From Trichoplax adhaerens (Eukaryota > Animalia > Placozoa), in contig NW_002061067.1 of the NCBI RefSeq assembly GCF_000150275.1, forward strand, positions 5,176 to 13,405: DNA of 8,230 nucleotides. The letters are read 5' to 3'. Within the stretch, counting starts at the first letter, position 1; each line of letters opens with the position of its first letter. The notes beneath the pieces were generated by a model. It searched no databases. It was not told the DNA's origin and was given only the letters and a program-made list of their open reading frames with translations. Made by a program: the position numbers and the translations under genes. Below are positions 1 to 8,090 of the stretch, in pieces.

Positions 1-69
1 AGCGTAGGAATTAGTGAAATGTTTTATTTATATACTACTAACGGATGCATATTTCATTAGTAAAACTTC

Positions 70-925
70 TAATACATCTCCATCTATCAGTTGCTTTATT
101 CAAGCCATGGTAAATAAATAATAAAAATAGATGAGATACGTAAATATAAATACACTTAATATATAATTATTTTTCAAAACCTTAATTAGCTTGGGTCGAC
201 TACGAATTTCTTCGATTACAGCTCTTAATACTTTCTAAAGAGTATTATGTCACATTATCACAAAATACCCAAATTAATTGACCAAATCTACTAAAACGAA
301 TACTTGTACACACTACACGCATTTAACTGCGTAAATCATAATATCTTACTATTGGTAAACAACGATCATCTACGGAAAGTAAAAGGTCCAACACCTCCAT
401 AACGTAAGGTCTTATACTTAAGATTCCAATAATCTACAATTTTGTATTTGATAATCATAGCATACAGTGAAGAATAATAAATAATTGTTTACTCAATCGA
501 TGTATTGTAGCCTGGTGAAAGACGACTTGAGACTCTGTAATAAACTTGGAAATACCTTCGATAGATAATCGTCGCCAATGAGTTGAAAGAGGCCGTATAG
601 GGTTTCTTGTATCTCAGTCTTAAGATAGATTTCAACACGATACATAGCTTATTTCTAAGTAGTAATGTCTTTACGATTTTGTTACTAAAGTGTCTACTAC
701 GTAATTTAATACACACAACGATAAGTTTTAAGGTGTAGATACATTTAGAATTGAACTGTCGCTTATGAAGATTTCAAGAGTACGATTACATGGTACGAGG
801 TATTGCTGTCCCTATACAACATTTGATATAAAATACGTTCTTGTAACATCTTAAACGAATTTGATTTCGCAGATCCGTAATCATAATGTATGATCTTTAT
901 TACATTCTATTCATAGTAATCTAGT
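70..925 (+). mobile_element. Decayed non-LTR retrotransposon (LINE, CR1/L2-like) ORF2 reverse transcriptase relic
   Basis: Manual translation, mostly frame +1 with stops and shifts, gives RT-like motifs in canonical order: N*LG 184-195 and SSITAL 209-226 (cf. NQFGFR..ST.TAL); AFNCVNHNILL 319-351 (cf. AFDxVNHxILL, the strongest match); YG 371-376, VKGP 379-390 and YLRFQ 415-429 (cf. YGIRG...SYLxNRxQ); PGERRLETL 511-537 (at the PQGSxLGPL position); LYLSLKI 607-627 (at the LYADDLKI position, catalytic DD absent); L*RFQEYDYMV 763-795 (cf. LERVxEYKYLGV); LYY 895-903 and IHSNL 909-923 (cf. LYYSLIHSxL). Boundaries are approximate. No database search was run. Confidence 0.6.
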
Positions 926-1649
926 TGTTAATTCGAGCTATATACGAGTATTAATAGGTCAGTTTAGGTACAGTACAGTACCTCAACAGCTGTATCTTCT
1001 AGTTCTAATATTGCTTCATCCGGAAATGTTTGGGACATTTCATATAGAGCATCAAAGGTTGAGTTTAGAATCTAAAAATTTAGTACCGAAAATGCAAGCT
1101 TAAGGAATGATTAGAAATATCTGACTTTGTATTGGAATATAGAATATTACAAAGAAAGTAGTAAGTAATCGACATTCAGTGTTATAGTTTGCTCTTTTTA
1201 AACTTTTTGGCCAACCTCAATTTTATCCGATCGCATCAAAGTATTCACACATTTCATTAGCTATCAATTATACAAGCAAAAATTCTTTATCAGTACTCCT
1301 GAAAAATGAGAATGTTCATAACAGTACAGTTAATAATGTATGTATAATTATGGTGATAGACGTACATCCAAGATAGTATTCTTCTTTATCTCATAATTCT
1401 CAACTGGATACAGTATACAATAGTAATCAATGCAATCGCGCAAAGCTATTGCTGCATGATCAAGAAAGGCTATCTATGAGGAAAAGTATAATAACAAATA
1501 TTTTTTAGTAGGTAGGTCAGTCAATTTCTATGCTTATCATAATAGTACCACTACTAGAAAATTGTATATGCTGAGGATAGAAGAGCAAGACACAGCTAGA
1601 TGACAAGTAAAACTCCAACTTACAGTTCTATTTAAGGATATAGACCTTG

Positions 1650-2365
1650 CCAGCTCTTGAATTAGCCCACCTTCTAAAACTACTAGCGGATCTAATGGTA
1701 TGTTATTGTTAAATAAATATTACCTTCGTTTCAGCGTGTTTATGATAAGTTAATACGAGTAATTCAGATACACAAGAGCTAGGTAGTATGTATACACATA
1801 ATCTCCGAATAAAGTATTACAGGAGCTAGCATAGTAGGTTATAATATCCATGGCTTTAATAGCAAGATCCTCATAAGGAGAGGTTATAAACTTCATAAAT
1901 AGGCGAAGTTCATGACACGTTTTCGGATCTATTCAATAGTAGCAAAATTGATAGTTAAAGAGAGATCGTTAGTGAAAACAGGTAGAAACAAATAGGCAAA
2001 ATTCATACCAGCTAGGCCTGGTATGTGCTCAAACGCTCGGTTTTCCAACACATAATCCAAGGGATTCATATAGTGTGGACGTATGGATAAAACGTTCAAT
2101 ATTTCAATTTGTACTTCCCATCTACAGTGCAAGTAGAGTATAACATCGGTCTCTTTTCTGCTATAGCAATGCAGTATATGTAAACACTTACAGATCGTGC
2201 TTGTCGAGCATATCAAGTAAGAGGTTTATCAGCAAAGTACTAAGGATGGAAGTACAGTTTCATAAAGAGAGCAGAACGCATATTAACATTTTTGGCTGAT
2301 ATAATGGGTTGGAGTTTGCATTGAATCAAGATATTACCTGCACGAGCTATAAATTTCTTCAACTT
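1650..2365 (-). mobile_element. Second decayed LINE reverse transcriptase relic, convergent with the first
   Basis: ORF 1929..2216(-) contains LSIRPHYMN (2090-2064; cf. LSNRxQYV) and LFLPVFTNDLSLTINFATIE (1991-1932; cf. LFLIFINDLPxxI) and stops where YADD is expected. Weaker flanking matches fall in the right order: KLKKFIAR 2365-2342 (cf. KxLEKIVA), EDL 1872-1864 (cf. LNxDL), NNNIPLD 1710-1690 and SW 1655-1650. Confidence 0.55.
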
Positions 2366-2897
2366 TAGGCCGATGCCGACTAAAAGTCACAAGAGATTAT
2401 AAATTGAAACAATAGTAATGATATTATCTTGCTCCAGTATCTGCAAAAGTACTGCATTTAGAATACATAAAGTATACTGTATGCAATATCAATAATAATA
2501 TGAGTCGATAAATTAATTTTATGTAATGTTTAAATGAAATATATCTGAATCGATAATGTCTGACTATAAAACTCCAAATAGAAAGAATTTTACACTCTTA
2601 CTGGAATTCATGTTTTTCTAAATAGCTGGTGAGATCTTTCAACGGACCTCTAGCTCGGAAAAAGAAAATTGAAAATGGAAATTAAATAGTGTACTAATTC
2701 TAAGAGCAATGTGGCAATATCTAAAACTTGTTAAGTTTTAATCTCAAACGATTATACGAAAGTTAGGTCCAATCTGCATAATGTAATAATTTATTTGCTT
2801 ATACTGAATAAGCTGATAATTATAAAAAGCGGTAATATTCTACGGTACGTTGTTTATAACGACTAGCTCCACCATGTTATTGGATGTTAATTTCAAC

Positions 2898-3049
2898 AGG
2901 ATATACAGTAGTGGTATAGTTGAACTTCCAATCTAAAATATTGCCTCATAACAGGTGTAAATTTAAATTTATAGGATATACTGTAGTGGTATAGTTGAAC
3001 TTCCAATGTGAACTATTGCCTCATATAATAGGCGTAAATTTAAATTTAT
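2898..3049. repeat. Tandem duplication, two copies (75 bp and 77 bp)
   Basis: Copy 1 is 2898-2972 and copy 2 is 2973-3049. Both read AGGATATAC[A/T]GTAGTGGTATAGTTGAACTTCCAAT...TAAATTTAAATTTAT. By hand alignment they differ by 6 substitutions and one 2-bp indel. Confidence 0.95.
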
Positions 3050-3144
3050 TACTGAGCCGTTTCAATTGATTACTTACTGTACAATCAATCTATAATTTTA
3101 TTAACAGTACCTAACATCGCTTAAGCAACTTTGAATAGAGATGG

Positions 3145-3615
3145 GTGAACTTGCTTGCCGTAGCTGCGGGTTTGCACAAGTTATGTTAAATAATCATCAA
3201 GTCATGATCAACCTAAGTAAAAATGCTGTAGATACGAATACAGTATACCTCTACAATAGTTTCAATCAGTGCCAGTAATGCCTGTTTATGAAAAAAAAAA
3301 TATATACGTGCATAAGGAAAGGATCTACATGAACATAACTTAATCTACTGTTGTTCTTCTGTAGTTTAACACTCGCCATTAGCATACAGTAACCTGATGT
3401 AAGCAATTAGAATACATTGATGGATTAGTTAATTAACTACAGAATGAACAGGAAAATGAAATTGATCAGAAGAATACAGTCATTCAAATCTAGTCAATCT
3501 GGATAGTATCTTGCATGCAATATGCAATTTTATTTCAGTTTGAAAGCTATGAGTGGAGTTTTATCGATTTTCTTCCAGAAATTATAGTAGTGTATGTGGC
3601 ATTTGCTCGATAGAT
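3145..3615 (+). mobile_element. Possible third LINE RT relic (N-terminal part of the RT region)
   Basis: VNLLAVAA 3145-3168 (cf. RLLKxAA), MINLS 3204-3218 (cf. IINLS), VMPVYEKK 3275-3298 (cf. VxPVYKK), and FIDF 3560-3571 in the same frame as VMPVY, followed by AF near 3599 (cf. FIDFxKAFD). Order and rough spacing fit RT subdomains 0-3, but the matches are short. Confidence 0.4.
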
Positions 3616-3773
3616 AGATCGTTTCAAGTACAGGATAACTCCAATAAGTTCTTTGACAGGACGCTTAGATTTGTGCTTTAATACTCAGTTCTAGATTAAA
3701 CGTACTGCGCCATTTTTTTTTCAAGTCTATGAACATATTACCTCGATAGCGCTATTATCATGGTCATCACTGT

Positions 3774-4313
3774 NNNNNNNNNNNNNNNNNNNNNNNNNNN
3801 NNNNNNNNNNNNNNNNNNNNNNNNNNNNNNNNNNNNNNNNNNNNNNNNNNNNNNNNNNNNNNNNNNNNNNNNNNNNNNNNNNNNNNNNNNNNNNNNNNNN
3901 NNNNNNNNNNNNNNNNNNNNNNNNNNNNNNNNNNNNNNNNNNNNNNNNNNNNNNNNNNNNNNNNNNNNNNNNNNNNNNNNNNNNNNNNNNNNNNNNNNNN
4001 NNNNNNNNNNNNNNNNNNNNNNNNNNNNNNNNNNNNNNNNNNNNNNNNNNNNNNNNNNNNNNNNNNNNNNNNNNNNNNNNNNNNNNNNNNNNNNNNNNNN
4101 NNNNNNNNNNNNNNNNNNNNNNNNNNNNNNNNNNNNNNNNNNNNNNNNNNNNNNNNNNNNNNNNNNNNNNNNNNNNNNNNNNNNNNNNNNNNNNNNNNNN
4201 NNNNNNNNNNNNNNNNNNNNNNNNNNNNNNNNNNNNNNNNNNNNNNNNNNNNNNNNNNNNNNNNNNNNNNNNNNNNNNNNNNNNNNNNNNNNNNNNNNNN
4301 NNNNNNNNNNNNN
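3774..4313. other. Assembly gap (540 N)
   Basis: Continuous run of N. ORFs 3727..4401(-) and 3760..4317(+) are artefacts of it. Confidence 1.
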
Positions 4314-4935
4314 GTAATTTTCTGCTTAAGTATGCATATTGAGTCGGAGAAGTTCGTGCATAGTTACCTAGTGTGCAGAGGCAAGGACTACTAAAATCCA
4401 AGGTTGGTTTTGTGCAATATGGTGTACGATTTCTTTGGTGCCGTCTGTGAATGGCCGAAAATAATAGGCCTCCTAGTTATTTTGCACTGAAGGCCGCTTT
4501 GAATCCCTCTCTTTCCTTCATTTTAGTAGTTCCTGCCAGTGATTGCATGCTCGCTCGTGTACCAAGGAAATGCTACGGTACTGTTTGCCACATACTCAGT
4601 TAAATGTTAGAGCAATTGGCCATTTGCAAATCAACCTTAGAAATTGCACTGCAATGATGGACTAGAATGAAGTCTGGATATTACTGTTTAACAGCTCTTC
4701 TAAAGATGTAAATCATTGTTGTTGTAATGAATTTATCAACAGTAAAACTAGGTTGCGCACCGCTCTTACATTGCAAACTGTCAATAACAATCTCAGTTTG
4801 TTTGGTTAACTATTCGGCGGTAGATGATATTTGTACAACGGTACAAGTTAATAAGAAGCTTGATTGGTTAGAACGATTTGTGCACGATATGTATTCGTAA
4901 AGGAGAGAATTACCCATTAATTATCAAGAAAATTC

Positions 4936-5053
4936 CTTTTACAGTTTTTAGCTGCATCTATTGCATATATTTGTACGATTGCTCTTTTATAGATCTTAGA
5001 TACGAGTACTTGTTCTTTGCTGTTTATCTCTATTACTTTTACAGTTTTTAGCT
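4936..5053. repeat. 18-bp exact direct repeat with 100-bp period
   Basis: CTTTTACAGTTTTTAGCT at 4936-4953 and 5036-5053. Confidence 0.9.
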
Positions 5054-6116
5054 ATTATTCTTCTCTAGCTGTACCATTTTTGTGGAGCTAATCCAGATTT
5101 CACTCGTGCTCATTCCTTCCTTTCAACATGGCTTCGTCCTATGTTGGAGTATAAATTCTACAGCAATATAGGGTGAACATAGCGACCGTATCAGCCTTTA
5201 CCATCTAGTAGTCCATGGCTAAACCTAAGCTTGAAAGCACGTTACTACTGATAGGGAGGAGGATTGAGCGCCTCTTGGTGGAAATAAAGAACATATAACT
5301 TCTCTAGAGTTTCGCCTATCCTCAATATAAGGATTGGACCGACCGAAAAAATCGTCCGTGTAAAACAGATGTCGAAAAAATTGAACTATCTCCACCGTAC
5401 AACCGGTTGAAAGTGAATCTTGAAGCCAGCGGCAAATGATTTCTACTAACATTTCATCATTTTTATTAGTCCCTTTTAGCCTAGAGTTAGGGTACGATTT
5501 ACCTTGACTACCAAGGAAAACCGCTGCAATGTATTATCCTTCATGAAGGAATGAAATAAATATTCTGTCAAAACAAACAGTAGAAGGTACGATAGCGCAA
5601 AGATAGCGAATATTGAGAAACCAACAGGAAGTCTAGCATTTAAATTTAATACTTGATCATGACATTAAGCAATATTAGCAAGAAAAGGTTACAAGGCCAG
5701 TTAAAACTACGGCTCTATTTTAGCCCGCTATCTTCAGTACCACAATCTCCTCGGTATCGTCCTCCTCAATATTAACATCTCTATCGTAATCGCAAGATGA
5801 TGATAAATCATCGCCTTGGTGAAAGTTAAAAATTGCCATGTTAAAACCATGAATATCTGTATCCGAAGCTGTCGAGATCATACTTGTTGTCTTGGAGGTC
5901 GTAAAATAAATATAATTGTGTTCGTTAGATTGTGTATCAAATTGATTACTTTATTTGCCTTCAAAAGCCATATTGTACAGCCAATTTTTACGAATCTTCT
6001 CAGTTTCTTATCTCTGCATCGCCTTGCATGCTGATAGCTTCATCAGAATAAGAATATACCTCTTCATCGCTGTCTTCCTCAGTGGAAGAACGTCGGAATT
6101 ATCTATCTCACTGCCG

Positions 6117-6138
6117 TCAGAGCTATCAGAGCTATCAG
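6117..6138. repeat. 9-bp tandem microrepeat (about 2.4 copies) in the acidic N-terminal coding relic
   Basis: TCAGAGCTA-TCAGAGCTA-TCAG. On the minus strand it reads in frame as DSSDSSD. Confidence 0.85.
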
Positions 6139-6280
6139 TGGAGTTTCTAGTGGCCATTTGTGATCTCAAAGTAAAATCGATCAGAATCACACTACTTCTC
6201 GATACCCAGAACGTAGTCTACGACGATGGAAGAACTTGATCAGTTCAATCTACCAGTAATAGCTACTTGCTACTCGCTGT

Positions 6281-6300
6281 CAACTATGTTCAAGGGTTGA
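6281..6300 (-). mobile_element. Candidate piggyBac 5' terminus with degenerate TTAA target site
   Basis: The minus strand reads TCAA|CCCTTGAACATAGTTG about 140 bp upstream of the ATG at 6157. piggyBac ends typically read TTAA|CCC. No partner end was found in the sequenced part. Confidence 0.3.
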
Positions 6301-6377
6301 AGATATAGCATTTAACCATCCATCAGCTGCGTTAAATAGCTGCCAGTCCTGTAGTTCACGCACGCGATATCAAACTT

Positions 6378-6408
6378 CTGGCGCCTTCGCTTTAGGCTTT
6401 AGCGCCAG
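6378..6408. other. GC-rich inverted repeat (7-bp stem, 17-nt loop)
   Basis: CTGGCGC 6378-6384 pairs with GCGCCAG 6402-6408, in a locally CpG-richer patch. Function unknown. Confidence 0.6.
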
Positions 6409-6981
6409 CGGAAAATCCCCACGTGTTATACCAGAACAGACTGATAGTGCAGTAAAAATCAGTAATACAGTAAAATAATCCGATTACTATAGATTTTAGT
6501 TATTAACAACCAACAACATGCGCAAAAATCAAGATATAGGCGGATTGGATAGTGCCAAGTAGCAACTGCAGCGCTACGTTCCCCATAAGTTTCTCACGGT
6601 CATCACAAGTATAAAATAAGCGCAAGATCTTGATCGACAAATTGGCTACAATCAGTAAAAATTGCACTCTAGCTGCCTTCAATTTTTGGTACTACTATTT
6701 GTTGTGCTCATTGTAAGAGTTTTCCCAGTCATTTTCAGTCTACTGTATTTGTTTTGGATGTATTACAGAGTGGCCATTAAATATTCATTCATGAAAATAG
6801 CACAAGTATTCAACTATGTCACAGAACGCAAACATATGGTAAGAGATGGAAAGCAATAGCAACTTTGACATTGAAGTAAAGTGCTCTAGTTGACTACCGA
6901 TCGTAATGCTCGAATAGGCTGGCTAAAGCAATGAGACTATAAATAATTGATGAATTTGTCAACACGAAGCAAGTTGCTACT

Positions 6982-7717
6982 GAAAGATAAAGCCAATAGA
7001 GGATTTCCTAGCCATATACAGTACCTGTAATAAAGTGATACAGAACCGGCTGCACTAGCAGGAATTGTGCGATCAATCTGCACGAAGTGATATAACAAAT
7101 TTGGGATAAAAGCCTAGACATAATCCGTGCGGACATGCAATAGAGTGTCTATATAACATAACATATATATAGCAAGCTACGGTAGCCGTGCACTAAATCC
7201 TCACTAAAAATGATGAAGGAAATCTCTGTTGGGAAAAGAAAAAGCCTATACAGGATTCTGTAGATATGGAATAGAGTCGATAACATGTCACGATAAATGA
7301 CAAAGCCCATTCCGATTGGAAGATCAATCCTATGCAGGATTCTGTAGACGCATATACTGTAATAAAGTGTAAGCCAATAGCAGATTGTGATAACTAACAG
7401 CCATTTTATCTAAATCCTCCTAAAAATTCTAGCAGTATACTGTGCTCGTATGCAGCAGGCTACTGTAGCCGGGCACGAAATCCTTACTAAAAGTGATGAA
7501 GGAAACCTCTGTTGGGAAATGAAAAAGTCAGGATTTCGTAGATATGGAATAGAGCCTAGATCAGTTTACGATAGCATTATGCCAAATCCTCACTAAATGA
7601 TGAAGCACATTTCTGTTGGAAAATCAGTCCTATATTGTACAGGATTCTGTAGATACGAGTGTATAGCAGGTTGTAATAACAGTTATTTTGCGCTAAATCC
7701 TCGTTCAAATTCCTGCA
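6982..7717. repeat. Degenerate hierarchical tandem array: ~85-120 bp monomers inside a duplicated ~283-bp higher-order unit
   Basis: Higher-order units start at 7171 and 7454 (AGCA[A/G]GCTAC[G/T]GTAGCCG[T/G]GCAC.AAATCCT.ACTAAAA.TGATGAAGGAAA.CTCTGTTGGGAAA). The core CAGGATTCTGTAGA occurs at 7251, 7335 and 7640, with a variant at 7529. AAATCCT occurs at 7195, 7412, 7478, 7584 and 7695. More diverged monomers lie at ~6982-7037 and ~7101-7146. Confidence 0.9.
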
Positions 7718-7983
7718 AATTACTATAATGAGTAGCTGGATCAACAGTAATATCAGAGGGAAAAAATTAAATATCGATAAAGTCTATATGCAAATTGTAG
7801 CAGTTAATACTGTTGAGTATGGCTATATGTGCAAGGTCTGGACTGTTTTATGAATCAATAAAATATTCCATCTTCGACTGATATTTTAGAATGAAGGCCT
7901 AGAATTATTGATATCGTTTTGCAAAACATTAAAGGTAAACAAAGTTGTTGGAGTTCAAAGAAATGATGTGTCTGAATATTATC

Positions 7984-8090
7984 TTGAAAGCAATTCTGGC
8001 TAACTTGTGTAGGCTATACTCGTGCATTAAATACATCTACTGTATCTGTTGAAGTAGGCTCTTCAGCGAGTTAAATCGCCGGCAAAGACC
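7984..8090 (+). mobile_element. Possible hAT-superfamily transposase C-terminal dimerisation-domain relic
   Basis: LKAILANLCRLY 7984-8019, TSTVSVE 8033-8053 (shifted frame) and RLFSELNR 8056-8079 (back in the first frame); cf. FPNLxxL...PxSTASVERSFSxL of Dimer_Tnp_hAT. Short, and needs two compensating frameshifts. Confidence 0.45.

Larger units (their letters stand above)
4314..6300 (-). mobile_element. Decayed piggyBac-like DNA transposon (DDE_Tnp_1_7-type transposase relic)
   Basis: Minus strand, in canonical order: ATG at 6157 and an acidic Ser-rich N-terminus (MATRNSTDSSDSSDGSEIDNSD, frameshift, STEEDSDEE); FFRHLFYTDD 5380-5351 then SNPY (cf. FxLFFTDE...TNxY); YTPT*DEAMLKGR 5153-5115 (cf. 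YTP...IDExM..FKGR, first catalytic Asp); PQKW 5085-5074 (cf. KPxKWG); RNFLDN* with Asp at 4925 (cf. DNWF); CTNRSN from 4884 (cf. GTVRxN); PDFIL...KVDLQM with Asp at 4632 (cf. P..I..YN..KGGVD..DQM); W...HFL; and a Cys-containing tail RTPYCTK...PCLC. Asp spacings are about 71 and 98 codons, versus 78 and 101 in T. ni piggyBac (D268/D346/D447). The frame 4920-4315 has only 5 stops in about 200 codons. Confidence 0.55.

Noticed and set aside
489-716. 75-aa minus-strand ORF
   Set aside because: No recognisable protein features, and it lies antisense to the LINE RT relic.
490-1062. Alternative RT register (YLSLKIDFNTIHS as DLxKAFDT, SVIIMYD as MYADD, KCLGHFI*S as KYLG) implying a second tandem RT copy
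   Set aside because: A single continuous RT from ~70 explains the same bases more simply. The ambiguity shows the limits of by-eye motif matching.
3121-3140. Possible partner piggyBac end (TTAAGCAACTTTGAATAGAG)
   Set aside because: Similarity to CCCTTGAACATAG is too weak and it lacks the TTAA-CCC junction.
3291-3300. A10 run as a retrotransposon poly(A) tail
   Set aside because: No target-site duplication or recognisable 3' end, and it fits better as expanded lysine codons or a simple homopolymer.
3727-4401. Two long ORFs (224 aa and 185 aa)
   Set aside because: Almost entirely X residues from the N gap.
5537-5550. Perfect 14-bp palindrome TCCTTCATGAAGGA
   Set aside because: Isolated. One palindrome of this length is not surprising in several kb, and there is no supporting context.
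6054-6157. Possible first exon of a host gene (ATG at 6157, AG|GTATAT donor near 6059)
   Set aside because: The acidic composition continues past the supposed donor in a shifted frame (STEEDSDEEVYSYSDE), which favours a frameshifted relic. No convincing downstream exons were found.
5816-6239. Plus-strand ORFs 5816..6034 and 5955..6239
   Set aside because: Antisense shadows of the acidic minus-strand relic, with non-ATG starts and no motifs.
6662-6859. 65-aa hydrophobic ORF resembling a small membrane protein
   Set aside because: TTG start, and the hydrophobicity is explained by T-rich sequence. No family resemblance.
6982-7717. CRISPR-like reading of the recurring CAGGATTCTGTAGA core
   Set aside because: The core is too short, spacing is irregular (84/194/111), the intervening sequences are homologous to each other rather than unique, there are no cas genes, and the context looks eukaryotic.
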